From Eledone cirrhosa (taxonomy: Eukaryota), in the NCBI GenBank assembly GCA_964016885.1, contig OZ024740.1:245086001-245150000 (forward strand): a stretch of DNA of 64,000 bases. Direction: 5' to 3'. The position numbers and the translations under genes were made by a program. Positions 14,326 to 28,872 of this stretch are shown in pieces. Under the pieces are notes generated by a model. That model did no database searches and was not told the DNA's origin. It saw nothing but the letters and a program-made list of their open reading frames with translations. How positions within the stretch are numbered: the stretch's first letter is position 1; the number at the start of each line of letters is the position of its first letter.

Positions 14326-16737
14326 GGATGGAGAGGGAATACGAATTAAAAGTACTATTGCAGTAGTATCCGGCTGAAATCTTCTTCCATCAAGTTAGTC
14401 ATGGCCATCGATAGGATTTGAATCCCGAAGTAGAATTTGAGCTCAAAATGCAAAGCATCTGGTACAATACTCAAATAATCCTACCAATCCACTGCCATGA
14501 ATTGAATCTTTATTTCATTGACCCCGAAGAGATGAAAAGCAAAGTTGACTTCAGCGCGATTTGAAATCAAACTACAGAACGTCAGTAAAAATACGAAACA
14601 TTCTATCCAATGCTCAAACGATTCTGTCAATTCGCCACCTTGAAATGTTGAAAAATGGTTCTAAGTTAAAGTAGTAATTTGATGTGTGATGAGTGAACAC
14701 ATGTCGGAATAACAGTTGAAGATAATTGCCAATACAGGCCAATCCAGTTGGGTGAATTGGAGGCGGGGGGTGTCAGTTAGCATGGAACTATGATTCTGAA
14801 GAGCCCCACTCACCTCAAATTCTACTTCTTGTCTTCTTTTCTGCTACTTCTAAACACATCATGTTCACTACATGTTAAAAAAAACTGTTAAAGTATGTTC
14901 TAAGCCCAGTGGTTCATTGAACCAGTGTTTATTCCGATTTCATTGGCGTTAAGCGATTGAGAGCACAAGAGGCCGCACCATCGCAGAGTTATCCCCCTAA
15001 CTATAACTCATTTTCAGATTAAATGTTTTGCACAAGAATAACGTGCCATCCGGTCCAAGAATCGAACCCAGGACATTACGACCATAAGTACAACACGCCA
15101 ATCACTAGGACACACACCTACGTATACATGTGTATATCCGTGTAAACCTTTACATATAGGTATTTAGCCCTGATAACTAAAATATTTAATACTTAAATAG
15201 CCGGGCAGAGACTACATTTCAGATCTGATCTGAGCCTATTACTAACTTTTGCTGTCTACATTTTAAATCTGGTTTGTATATATTACCAGTTTTGGTGAAT
15301 GGGGGACTGTATTTTACAACTGTTCTTGGTTCATTTGAAGACATCTTGTCTGAATCTGTTACCAGCTTTGAGACGTCTACATTTTATATCTGGCGTGGGC
15401 CCTTTACAAGCTTTGCATAGGACTGTATACGTGAGACACTATAGTCTGTCGTAACTAGCAGGCTGCATGTGTATCTGTAACCTCAACCACCACCACCACC
15501 CCCACTATCATCACCACCACCATAACAACAGCAGCTGAAGTAATTACAGTATGATGATTGCAGCCACCATTTTCTCTCATTATCACAAAGAAAGTTTTTT
15601 CGAGTAATTATTGTTATATATAACAAAATGAAAGTAAGGAATTAAATAACAGAAAGGGGTGAATTATTTGAGCTGAGCAGGTGATCTGAAAGGGGGATAA
15701 GGGGGGGGGGGAATCGGGAGAGTATGGGAGTAGAAGAAGATAAAGGAGAAAGGCTTAGAAATAAGAAAATTGTGAACGGAGGAGCAGAGACAGAGAGAGA
15801 GGGGGGTTATTGTGATAAACATAAAACAAGGAAGAAGAGAAAAATTTTTAATATCTAAGCATATGATTAAACTATAATTAGTAACATTAATGACGTAATA
15901 TAGGACATTGGTTGGGGAGCTAACCGACTTTTTCACGCTATCCCTTCTCGCTACCACACCAACAACATATTTACTGCCAAAAGGTCTAAAGCAAGGTTAA
16001 TCTCTTAATAATGCTGCTATTTATAGAGGCAAGAGCATCATGACAACCGACTATTATTTTATTTGATCCTACAACGTTTAGAGACAGAACATATTTATAA
16101 AGGATTCATAAACAAAATGAAATACACAGAGCTACGATAATTAAATGTATTGGAACTATTGTTATTTTGTTTATTAAAATAAGTGTCGTTGTCGTTGACA
16201 AAAACCCAGAAGCTTTATCAGTGTTAAAATAAGATAAATGTTTCATCATTCAAGCTTTGCAGTATTTGTTCCGGCTCTCTTGAGAGTGGGTTCATAACCT
16301 GCTGCAGTTGGCTTTATCCCTTATCTTTTCGTAATCGATAAATAAAGTACTTTTGTAAGACGATAGATAGACGGTCTTCGTTGGAAAATACCTTGTGATA
16401 TTTGTTCCGTTTTTTGCGCTCAAATTTGAGTTCAAATCTTGCTGTGGTTTGCTGGGAGGGTGGTTTAACACCACCTCCTGGCCCATGGATGATTTTAGCG
16501 AACTTCACTCTATTGCGAGCATTTGGTAAAAGTCTTGGATTTGAGGACACCTTCTCTCCCGCTCACAAGTTTTGGAGACCCCGGAAAGAGTCATAGGAAC
16601 TTAACTTCCCTCCCTGACTAAACAATAACAAAAAAGTAGTTTAGGGAAATGAAGTAATCACACAATGCAGAACGCTCCACTGAGCCATATTGTTCATATT
16701 CACAATAAACGACATAACATTATCATTATTTTTATAT

Positions 16738-16925
16738 GGTGGATTGGCAGTATTGGTAGAGGGTCGCACGCCATGCTTTGGCGTATAGAGTTACGGCCCT
16801 TGCCTGTCTGAGTTCAAATCCCGCCAAGGTTAACTTTGCCTTTCATCCTTACGGGGTCGATAAAATAAAGTACCAGTAATGCACTGAATAATTGCTGGCC
16901 TTGTGCCTAACGTAGAAACAATTAT
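16738..16925 (+). mobile_element. tRNA-derived SINE (family with gcctttcatccttacggggtcgataaa central domain, Meta-domain-like)
   Basis: B box gagttcaaatcc. Close copy at 58345-58530. Partial or diverged copies near 14500-14640(-), 23030-23150, 31690-31870(-), 34135-34265(-), 38165-38310, 53458-53620 and 58612-58760. Confidence 0.8.
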
Positions 16926-17327
16926 TTTTATATATAATTTGATCAATCTTAGTATTGCCACGTTAGATAAATGTATTTCACTGAAGAGAACTAAAAAGGT
17001 CGAAACATGTGTATTGCTTTCATCTGTTTGCTTTAAAGACAAGATTCACTCTTTGGCTTAGCTTATTTGTATTTAATATCCAGAAGACACTCCAGGGGTA
17101 TTTTCCCTAGCCATATTGTGGATAATCATTTAATTATAGAAAGGTTTACTGAGTAGAGGTTTCTATGGAGCTAGGTTTTATCTTATTTCGAGATCTGTCC
17201 CTATTGAGCAGCAATTCAAGGAGATGAGAGGAAGAATGTAAACTGCAGTCATTAGCTTAGAAAAATAAAACAAAAGAGATGTAATCTGTTGACATTAATC
17301 TGGAAGACATTACATATATATATTTAA

Positions 17328-17412
<85 letters not shown>

Positions 17413-17587
17413 CGTGCGTGCGTATGTGTATGTATACTCGCAGATGTTTCTTTGTATCTGAACATATGTGCTTGTAGATGGATAAGGATATGGATATAGA
17501 ATGAGATGTAGAAAGATAAGTATGTATATTTGTATGTATATATATATATACTCAAATACATACATACATACATACATACATACATAC

Positions 17588-17619
<32 letters not shown>

Positions 17620-18041
17620 TCACGTGTATGCTAAATATACAAAATATATCGGTAAAAAGCTTCAAGCTACTTATCTAGGCTACATTGCTGCCATATATGG
17701 TCTGATATATATCTTTACATTTTATCTGTGTAAATGTCTCACAGCACTAAAGCCATTAACTTTACTAATAAATACTTCTCAGCGATAAATTTAATGTATA
17801 GAGTAATATTGCTTAACCTTTTTTCTTCTCTATTAATTTCCTTTTACTAGTTCACTATCCCGCTTTCTCCCACATATTATAAGAAATAAGTAGGTTATAT
17901 ACAAAAAAATTATTACATAACTTGCTTAACATCTTTTATCTCCACATTAAGGAAAATACATCAAGCAAAACCTACATTAATAATAGGCAAATCATTTTTC
18001 AACCTAAAAAATTTCCTGCCGGTTCAATTGGATATAGAGTA

Positions 18042-18096
<55 letters not shown>

Positions 18097-18471
18097 AAAA
18101 AATGGGGAAAAGAATACTGCATGGTTGCACATGGATAACATGTTATAAAATGAGTCCCTCATCAGTGATTTACCAACGGTCATAGGTATTTCATTGCATT
18201 AAAAATCAGATATATATATATATATATAAGTAAAAATTAGCGAGAATCGAATTTCAGCTCAGGAATTAACGAAAAACACTTCCGAGTTGTGTGGCAAGCG
18301 CTCGATAATTCATATGAATTAGAGCTACAACTTACGTTAAAGGCCAAACACACTGAGATGGTGGTTAAACTAATCATCCGCACAGCGAAAAAACGACCGT
18401 CTAATTCGGGTCAAACAGATATAAAAATATAAAAATATATAAAAATATATATGGTTGAAAATTTATATGGT

Positions 18472-18524
<53 letters not shown>

Positions 18525-18872
18525 CTCTGTCTTGACTGACCACTCCTTCCGTTTGCGTGCGCCACGACTTCTATTTCACTTCCTTTTTCTATGTTCTTCG
18601 CCATCATCTTTGGATTTGACTACACGGTCTTATCCTGTCCATCGACGTCCAGGTCATGACCATCCACACACACCAACACCCATACAGGAACATAGACACG
18701 CACAGACATGTACACCATTCTCACACACACGCAACGACATACACCAGTACACTAACCCACACCACCCATATACACACCACTCACGTGTCACCTTTTACTA
18801 TTTGACACACGTTCACACACACTCACTTCTTTTCAAACACACATACTTACATACACATACACACACTCACAT

Positions 18873-18954
<82 letters not shown>

Positions 18955-19241
18955 CACACACACACACACACACACATTACCCGTAACCGTCTCTTCCTAG
19001 ACTCTGAATATTTTTGCAGCCCCCCCTCTAGCCTCTTCCCCTTCTCCCTTTCTCCCCTTCTCCCTTTCTCCCCTTCAACCCGCATACATACACACTACCA
19101 CACCCATGTCATCTCAACACCCTCCACCCTGTACGCCCCTTATCCCTTTTATTTTTATTTTTTATCATTATTTTTTTATTTTTTACTTTGTAACTTCCCT
19201 CTTACTCCTTCTCGGAGTTCCTGTTCTCCCTCTATCCGAAC

Positions 19242-19277
19242 TTTCCTGATGAAGGACTTTTGTCCGAAACGTTGAAA
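19242..19277 (+). ncRNA. Minimal type I hammerhead ribozyme (PLE pLTR type)
   Basis: tttc-CTGATGA-a-ggac-tttt-gtcc-GAAA-cg-TT-gaaa; homologue at 57402-57437. Confidence 0.85.
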
Positions 19278-19377
19278 CCTCCTCCACTTCCACCAAGCGG
19301 GAACCTAATATAACTGTGTACAATTGCCTCCCGTGTTTTTTTCGTTCATTTTCAACTCTCTCTCTCTATATATATAT

Positions 19378-19810
19378 TCTTTCCTCAGACATTCTAACCA
19401 CCTGACCATAGTATCGGAGCTGTGATCTCTGAATTTGGAGAAGTAGCGGCTCTACCTGGAGTGACTCTCTTATCTCTGAGTTATGCAAAATCCTTCGGAG
19501 GATTTCTATTTCGGCCGCTTATGTTGGTGATCGTATTCTTTCGGTCATTACCCAAGATTCATGACCATTGGTAATGGTTGGCACGAAAACCGAATTGAAG
19601 ATAGCGAGCAAGAGACCCGAGGGTAGACCCCGAGCAAGATGGTTGGATAACATACATGAGCTTGGCTGGTCACGCTTGGGGCTGTGGGCGCAGAGTCTTC
19701 AAACACCCCTTCCGGTGGTTCCTGTCAGAAGCAACCATCTTCAATTGATCCTGCTGGATCTCCAATCAAAACCAACCGAGCTCATGGATGTTATCCAACC
19801 ATCTTGCTCT
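19378..19810 (-). mobile_element. RTE-clade LINE 3' fragments with an internal inverted piece (about 19605-19682, + strand)
   Basis: Homologous to 23770-24150; the RPEGRPRARWLDNIHELGW segment lies on the opposite strand. Confidence 0.75.
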
Positions 19811-20476
19811 TAAGCATTGGACAAATTTTAAATTTTAAATATAGTCGATCACTATGAATAATAGTTGAGAAAATCAGGTGAAGTACTCCTGAACACAGAA
19901 AAAGATAGTGTACACGGGTGCCCTTGTCCACGAGTCTGCTATAGACTGGCATGCTGCATAGACCACTGCATTATGACGACCTGATAGATTTCGATCTCAA
20001 ATTTAGTGCATGCAAATGCCTTTCCCAAAATTTGCTGGTCTTCTGCCAATATTAAGAATTACTCGTTACTATGCTAAGTTGTTTGTAACAAAGTGAAATA
20101 ACATTCTTTAGTGTTTACTATTGATATTTAAACCTAAAGTAATATTGATTTCTAAGCTATGTAGGCGGGTCGACACACATGGATACACGGGACGATTTGA
20201 CCGGGATGGTGAGAATAGCCGCTAATTTATCTGACCGAAAATAAACCAATGAACAAGTACGGCTGAATATCACTGTTAGAAAGTGTGTCAACTTATAAGA
20301 AAAAATTCGGAAAACACTCAGACTCGAGCCTGCATATTAAAACATATCTAAGGAGCTTTCGATTCCAGAGTCAGGTTCGATTATTAATAGATCGTTCCTC
20401 GAGCTGATCGACAGTGAAATATATGTAATATGTAATAAATATGTATATGATGCAACACTGATTCTTTATATATTAA

Positions 20477-20515
<39 letters not shown>

Positions 20516-20821
20516 TAAGTATTCATACGTACACATATACATATACATACATATCTCTCTCTATATATAGACACACACATATATATACATATACATATGT
20601 ATGCATGGGTTATATTGATGTATATGTATATGTGTACACAGGCATACTTACTTTTATGTATCAGCTGTGCTAGAGCGAGAAATAAAATTCTTATTTTATT
20701 TTTAATATTCGACAAGGCCAGCCGTAACTCGCTCGATATACAAATGAGGCTACTCAGCTGATGTATACTTAAGGAAATACTATATATTTTCAACCGTTGA
20801 ACACATTGACTGAGAGGTATG

Positions 20822-20862
20822 CAGTCCTGATGAAGGGTAATGACCCAGAAACATGTTGATTG
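20822..20862 (+). ncRNA. Minimal type I hammerhead ribozyme
   Basis: cagtc-CTGATGA-a-gggt-aatg-accc-a-GAAA-catg-TT-gattg. Confidence 0.75.
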
Positions 20863-20985
20863 TTCCTCAAAGCCAGTGTTGAACAAACAGGTGACGATCG
20901 GTCACCGGCACAGCTTCTAATCGGGCCGTTAGTTTACAAACGAATCGAACATTAGTATTAATGTTCGATATAACCCATGCGTACA

Positions 20986-21044
<59 letters not shown>

Positions 21045-21287
21045 TAAGTCCAAAGAATCATTAGATAAAATATATACAGTATTTCCTCTCCCAATCAGTA
21101 TAAATCAACCACAGAAAAAATCATTTAAACGAGGCTATAAGTTTAAAATGTACTTATGAAGAAATAATAGACAAATGATATAGCTCCTTTTCCTACTAGT
21201 CTGTAGAAATTGACTAGACATATAGTTAACTACACGTAATCGAAGTTAGAAGAAAAAATGTACATAAACTTTACCAAAATCTTCATA

Positions 21288-21372
21288 ATCTCTACCATCC
21301 GGCGGTTTCGTACACTTTTTGGATATATCCGGTCTTGGCTAAATCCACGAGGCTTGGAACTCATCAGGAGAT
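21288..21372 (-). ncRNA. Putative type I hammerhead ribozyme with expanded or branched stem II
   Basis: atctc-CTGATGA-gt...(about 45 nt)...ac-GAAA-ccgccggatgg-TA-gagat. Confidence 0.55.
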
Positions 21373-21560
21373 ATACCCTACTTGGACCAAAATTTTTTCT
21401 ACAATGATCCCCGCCAGAAATGAATTCAAAATGGCTAAGAATCATCACGTGGCCAGTGGTCAAGGCAGAAAGTTTGTGATTGGTGCCTGTCGGCGAGTAG
21501 GCTGGTTGGTAGAAAGCGCAGCCGAATACTGCCTAAAATTTTACTCAACCTTACGGGAGT

Positions 21561-22110
21561 ATATATTAAATTCAAATGGTATATGTATATACTTAAAAAT
21601 AGTCACAGATACATATATGAGTTTAGCAACCATTCACAGTGTGGCTCAATGAAGAATTAATTAAGTAAATAATTATTAGTCAGAGCTATATATAAAAATG
21701 TAAGTCCAAAGAACCATTAGATATATATGCAGTATTTCCTCTCCCAATCAGTATAAATCAACCACATAAAAAATCATTTAAACGAGGCTATAAGTTTAAA
21801 AAAGTGTCATATGGCTGTACATCGCGGAAAAGAAGCTATATCATTTGTCTATTATTTCTTCATAAGTACATTTTAAACTTATAGCCTCGTTTAAATGATT
21901 TTTTTATGTCGTTGTTTTATACTGATTAGGAGAGGAAATACTGTATTTATTTTATCTAATGGTTCTTTGAGGTTACTTTTTTATATATTGCTCTAATTAT
22001 TAATTATTTAGTTAATTCTTCATTGAGCCACACATGAATGGTTGCCAAAAACATATATATGTATCTATGACTTTGTTTAATGTACATATACCCTTTAAAT
22101 TTAATATATA
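21561..22110. repeat. Diverged inverted repeat (21561-21801 and 21871-22110); same family at 21040-21190 and 3020-3200
   Basis: The motif cagtatttcctctcccaatcagtataaatcaacc occurs in direct and inverted copies. Confidence 0.85.
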
Positions 22111-22243
22111 TATATATGTGTGTGTGTGTATAGATAGATAGATATGTATGTATATATATATGTACGTATGCATAGATACTTTTATCTATGTATCAGCTGT
22201 GCTAGAGCGAGAAATAAAATTCTTGTTTTATTTTTCAAATATA

Positions 22244-22377
<134 letters not shown>

Positions 22378-23342
22378 CGTGTGTGTGCGTGCGTGTGTGT
22401 GCGTGTGTGTGTGTGCGTCTGTGTGTGTGTTTGTGTGTATATAATGTGTGTATGTATATATGTATATGATTATTTATACAAATTACTATTTACTGTACAT
22501 TAACATTATCGATTTATTACGTAGACACAACCTATGAAATGAGGAAGAGGTCAACAGATTGTATCATGCTCGTGCATTCTCAAGGACTTTAGCTACGTAA
22601 CTGAAGAAAAAGAGCTGCACCAAGGAGTTGAAATCAGATCACGGACTTAACTCACAGCGAGGGGAGAGTGAAAAAGGGTATTTTTGTATTTGAATATCCA
22701 GTTCTAATATTTAAGTGGTAGTGTTAATCTGTCGCTGAAACTACACACTGCTCGTGGGTAGCTTCAGCGAAGTCCAATCTGTTGCAAGCATTTGAGCCAG
22801 ATCTTCGGTTTGAGGAGACCCTTTACTCTTCCTCTCACCAGAATTGCAGTACTGCCCTTCTCTCCCTGACTAAACAGTAAATGTGAAAAATGAGATGTGT
22901 TGAGATATCCATGCCTTTCCAAATAGAATTAGTTGTATACGTTTCAACTTCTGCAACAATTTTCTTGTTTCGGTGCCTTCTAAGTCCAACTTCGTCTGTA
23001 AATATTGCTATTTAATAAATTTCAAACAACAGCGAATCGTCAGAGTCGTTAAGATGTCTGGTCGAATGAGTTGTGGTAATTGTTCCGATTTACTGCGTTC
23101 TGATCTCAACTTAGCCCTTCATCCTTTCGGAGTCACTAAATAGGGTACCACTCTCTCTCCCCCTCTCCCCCACTCTCTCTTACTGCGAGAAGGATCGTGG
23201 TGGATCACTAACAGTGTGCTTTTTTCCAGAATAGAGAAGGATTGAGTGAGGACTAACATAAGGAAATTCATGTGCTACTAAAGGATAGCGCAATGTGCAG
23301 TACAGAACAGAACGATGTAAAACCATTTAATACTTCTTTTCT

Positions 23343-23471
<129 letters not shown>

Positions 23472-23599
23472 ACTTGCTGAGCAAAATATCAAAATATTAC
23501 ACTACTTACTTTAAAGATGTAGGCGCAGACATAGCTGTCAGGTGAACAAGTTCACTTCAGTTCAGCTTATACTAGTCTGTGGAATTTGGTTTAGAGCAA

Positions 23600-24381
23600 C
23601 TCAGTAATGGATGGCAGGCGGCTGAATTAAGTGCAAGAATTGCAAAAGCTGGTGCAGTAATGCGCCAGCTTTAACAATCAGTAATCAGAAGAAGGGAGAT
23701 AGGTGTAAAATCCAAACTCGCTATCTTCAATTTGGTATTCGTGCCATCCCTTACTTATGGTCATGAATCTTGGGTAATGACCAAAAGAATAGGATCGCGA
23801 ATACAAGCGGCCGAAATGGGGTTCCTCCGAGGGGTTTTGGAATAACGTTATTCGATAAAGTGCGTAACTCGGAGATCAGAGAGTCACTCCAGGTAGAGCC
23901 GCTACTTCTCCGAATTCAGAGATCACAGCTCCGATACTATGGATATGTGGTTAGAATGTCTCAGGAAAGAATCGCTGGACAAAACCAACAGGTAGGAGAC
24001 CCAGGGTAGACTCCGAGAAAGATGGGTGGATAATATCCATGAGCTTGGCTGGTCACGCTTGGGCATTCAGCCGGATCAGTTGAAGGCGGTTGCTTCTGAC
24101 AGGACCTGGTGGAAGGAGTGTTTGAGGACTCTGTCCCCACCACCCTCTCAGAAGAAGAAGAAGAAGAAGAAGAAGGGGATCCAGTCGGATTTGTTAGAGA
24201 TAGTTGCTTCTGACAGGACCTGCTGGAAGGAGTGTTTGTGAACTCTTCCCTCATTACCCACTCAGGAATAAGGGGGCGAAGAAGAAGAAGAAGAAGAAGA
24301 AGAAGAAGAAGAAGAAGAAGAAGAAGAAGAAGAAGAAGAAGAAGAAGAAGAAGAAGAAGAAGAAGAAGAAGAAGAAGAAGA
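23600..24381 (+). mobile_element. RTE-clade LINE 3' end with duplicated terminus and (AAG)n tails
   Basis: Translates with stops and frameshifts as AELSARIAKAGAVMRQL*...IFNLVFVPSLTYGHESWVMT...DKVRNSEIRESLQVEPLLLRIQRSQLRYYGYVVRM. Confidence 0.85.
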
Positions 24382-24382
24382 A

Positions 24383-25460
24383 AATCAGTTGTGGTATAGC
24401 CTGGGCAAAAGAAAATCAATCACCTCAGACCTATTCGATGTCTCAGTTGGTTCATTCGATAGTGCTGATGTATGCGATTTGGTTGGGTTATATATTTTCG
24501 ATATGTTGCTATCCAAATTCCCGGACTTCCACATGGGTTTATACCGCGATGACGGTCTGAGCCTATCGATCACGACCCTGAGCGATTTAGGAAAAACCTG
24601 ATAGCCACGTTCAACGAGTTAGGACTTAAGATTATTGTAGCCACCAATTATTTAGACATTAACCTAGACCTTCGTGCACACACATTTAGACCTTTACACA
24701 AACTTAATGAAAAATTGATTTATAAACACAAGGACTCAAAATTCGTCAAAAACATCAACACTTGGAATTCTAATCTTTCTTCTAACAAGGCTATCTTTGA
24801 CCGAGCAGCACCTTACTATAACACTACATTAGCAAACAGCGGCTTCTTTTAATCACACTACCAGTAGAAAGAGAAATAGAAATAAAAAAATTATTTTGTT
24901 CTGCCCACACACCTCACTTGGAGTTAAAACTAATGTAGCTAAGAAATTCCTATCACTCCTAGAAAATAACAGATCTATCTTTGATAGACACTGGGTGAAA
25001 CTCGGATATTCCTGTTAAGAATATGAAAGCCCAGATCACCACCAACTCCAACAGTTATCCCCCACCCAGATGCCGTCTGCAACAGCAGTCATCTATGCGG
25101 CCAAATCAACGGCAGGAGGTAAAAGCATATGTAGATATGTCAGAGGGCCGGTTTAAATAACGCTTCCTTAACCATCAGACGACCTTTAGACACTCTGATA
25201 AGTGAGTGTCCTCGAAGCTAGCAAGCCACGTATTGTCACTCAAAGATGCAGGCGTGAATTTCTCTATTCAATGGAAAATTCTCTCCAAATTGAGACCATA
25301 CGGAAATGAAGTGGTGTCCTGTGAGCTGTGCATCGACGAAAGAGTAAATATCTTGCAGAAGTTACGTAACAGTACTTGCCTTAACACGAGGGCCGATCTT
25401 TTTAATCACCGCTCCCATGCTGCGAAGTTTCTAATAGGTAACTGGAAGGACCCAGGATAA
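24383..25460 (+). pseudogene. Degraded Penelope-like RT plus GIY-YIG endonuclease ORF
   Basis: FDVSVGSFDSADVCDLVGLY...GLYRDDGL (RT core), NYLDINLDL, NLSSNKAIFDRAAPYY, VKLGYSC and IQWKIL...CELCIDE...CLNTRADL; many stops, frameshifts and deletions. Confidence 0.9.
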
Positions 25461-25631
25461 CCAGAAGTTTAACTCGGACTGAACTACCACAAGCGATTTT
25501 TCTTTAAACGTTGACCCCCCCCCCTTTGCAATAGTCTAAACGAATTGTCTCCATTGTCATTCAAATACCAGCATCTGCTGCTCAGAAACCAACCAGCTGA
25601 TAAGTACTTCCGTTCTAACTATACCCATACA

Positions 25632-25669
25632 TGAGTTGAAAAATCTTTCGGGTGAAACACGTGTTCTCA
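25632..25669 (+). ncRNA. Decayed hammerhead at the 3' end of the PLE
   Basis: tgag-ttgaaaa (mutated core)-atct-ttcg-ggt-GAAA-cacgtg-TT-ctca. Confidence 0.5.
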
Positions 25670-25717
25670 ACTATTGTTTACTAATTTATTGTGGAACTTA
25701 CTCTCTCTCTCTCTTTC

Positions 25718-25803
<86 letters not shown>

Positions 25804-25985
25804 TGTGTGTGTGTGTGTGTGAGTGTGTGTGTAGATAAATCTACCAAAATAATGGTAGTTATATACATACCAACACACACATATATATCCTAGAAACAAT
25901 CGTAAAATGATGAATTTTTTAATATAAGGAACTGTTTCTTTGTTTTTATTCATTGTTTTTATTAATTTATATATATAGAGAGAGA

Positions 25986-26022
<37 letters not shown>

Positions 26023-26046
26023 CTATCTCTCTCTCTATATATATAT

Positions 26047-26108
<62 letters not shown>

Positions 26109-26113
26109 GTATG

Positions 26114-26146
<33 letters not shown>

Positions 26147-26151
26147 GTATG

Positions 26152-26219
<68 letters not shown>

Positions 26220-26791
26220 AATAATGATGGCTGCGCGTTGCAAATGGTGGTGCATATGAAAAAGTGAGTCCTTCATCAGTGACCCTCCAACCGTCCCAGG
26301 CATTTCATCGCTTTAAGGGCCATATGCCTCAGGTTGGTGCGAACAACGGCTAAAAAAAGTCGTTGGGACACGTAAATAAAGGGGACGTTAGGGTAACAAA
26401 CAAATTGGGTTAAGCAACGGAAAGTGAGAAGAAATAGACAAGTCCCAGATCTCTATGAATATAAACTCGGTGAAATCGTGAACAAGAGACAAAAGACCAT
26501 CAAACCTGGTTGAAATGTGAGCAAGGAAGGAATTTCGCACAGGTCTAACGGGGGGGGGGGGGGAGAAGAAGAAGAAGAAGAAGAAGAAGAAGAAGAAGAA
26601 GAAGAAGGGGTCTGGTCTACGAATTCGGTAAACATAAGTTTTGTGAAGTCGCAGACGAAAGAGAGAGAGAGAGAAAAAAATTCCATACCAGCTTGACCAG
26701 GAACGCGCGAGAAAAGAATTACACACAGGTCAAACTTGAAGGAGGAGGAGGAAAGAGGAGGAGGAGAGGTAGTGACAGAGAATGAGACACA

Positions 26792-27004
26792 CAGGGTGGC
26801 CCAAAAGTCACAAAGGGGACGCAACTGTTTATAATTTTTTTTTATTTTATAATATTTAGTAATGTAGAGGTGTGACAAGAATTGACGAGTGCAAAATAGC
26901 TTCCATTATGTCCTTTAAGTTGTATCAAAATGTCATACATCAATCTGTACAATTCAGGAAGTTAATAAAAACTAAAACCCCTGTCTGACTTTTGGGCCAC
27001 CCTG
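26792..27004. mobile_element. Tc1/mariner-type MITE
   Basis: TIRs cagggtggcccaaaagtca and tgacttttgggccaccctg, followed by TA; a related TIR end lies at about 57661-57681. Confidence 0.85.
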
Positions 27005-27017
27005 TATAAGTATGTAT

Positions 27018-27089
<72 letters not shown>

Positions 27090-27316
27090 CGTTTACGAAA
27101 GTCACTGATGTTATTTCAGCGATGTCCAGCCATTACTCACTCACTCAATGAATCAATAAGGTTGCAGTTTTGAAACTGCAACCTCTGTGTTCAGAGTGCA
27201 CACATAATTGTTAAATAGTGAGTGCAGTGGCTGTGTTTAGGTAAAGATATGTAATGTATCTAACACCTGGCTTGTAAGTGAACCCTAGTAGACCGAAAAT
27301 GTGTCGAAGCTCCAGC

Positions 27317-27465
<149 letters not shown>

Positions 27466-28244
27466 TGTGTGTGTGTGTGTGTGCGCGCATTCCTTTGTCT
27501 GCATTCTGCATTTAAGTCGTCGTGTATTTAGAGATGGATAAAACAATTGCCATCCTTAAAAATAAGTTCTGGGGTTGATATAGCCCTAGCTTAGTGTCTG
27601 AAACCAGTAAAAGAATAAAAGAATACACATAACTATAGGAAACACTTTTCTGAAAACACAAATAATTATAGCTAAGAGATACTGATACATAAAAATAACC
27701 ACAGATCACTATATTTGCACATAGAAATAACTATAGGTAAATATTACATACAACTAACCATATGTAAATATGTTCCCACACACACATAACTATAGCTAAA
27801 AATATATTTAGTTACAAATTGTCTAGCGAACGCATAACTAAAAATCCACCTCCAACAAAGCAAATCAGTGATTTTATCTGAATGGTGATATTCTTTTCTT
27901 ATTTACTGTATTCAGGTATTGCCCACATTCTCAGAGGAATACATTCACACGCACACACATACACACACACTCACACACACGCACACTTATATATATATAT
28001 ATATATATAAATAAATATATATATATGCATGTGTGAGTGTCTGTGTCTGTGTGTGTATATGTATGCAACCTCGCTATATTTGTAAGTACGCATGTCTATG
28101 GCCGTGGTGAAGAGTAACCTGGAGGCAGGGCATGCAGTCCAATCGCCATGGCGGGAAGTGGGGCTGTGCAGCCCCCCCCCCCCCCCCCAATTCCCTCTAA
28201 ATGACCCTCCCGGTCAAAGCCGCATGTAGTGTTATCTAGTGTGT

Positions 28245-28325
28245 ATGTGTGTGTGTGTGTTATCTTTTTATGTGTCTACGATTTAGCAAGCAGCCAAAAG
28301 TCTGCTTGCTTCAACCGACGCTGTC

Positions 28326-28366
<41 letters not shown>

Positions 28367-28428
28367 CTTTTTATGTGTCTACGATTTAGCAAGCAGCCAA
28401 AAGTATGCTTGCTTCAACCGACGCTGTC

Positions 28429-28499
<71 letters not shown>

Positions 28500-28560
28500 C
28501 TTTTTATGTGTCTACAATTTAGTAAGCAGCCAAAATTCTACTTGCTTCAACCGACTCAAT
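28245..28560. repeat. Three tandem copies of an about 70-bp unit separated by variable (GT)n
   Basis: gttatctttttatgtgtctacgatttagcaagcagccaaaag... at about 28260, 28362 and 28495. Confidence 0.9.
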
Positions 28561-28817
28561 TGATTAACTCAAGATTCTATAACGCATGCACTGCATGCAT
28601 TGCATGCACGCACCATTCGCCCTTGGTCTATAGCTATGTATGTTTGTAGCTTATGTGTGACTATGTGAGCATGTATGTAATTAATATATATATATATAAG
28701 TGTGTGAAATATTTCATGGTATGTATGTGTGAGGACAATTATGTGAAGTATGTAATGTATCTTGGTGCTATGTATATATGGCAAGAGTATATAGATTGCG
28801 GTGTGTATGTGTAATTC

Positions 28818-28872
<55 letters not shown>

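Noticed and set aside
16975-17020. HHR-like CTGAAGA...GAAAcatgtgTA
   Set aside because: Stem I does not pair; at best a decayed copy.
18140-18200. Minus-strand CTGATGA motif shared with 26263-26312
   Set aside because: These are related repeat fragments, but I could not build stem II, GAAA and stem III around the motif, so it is not called an HHR.
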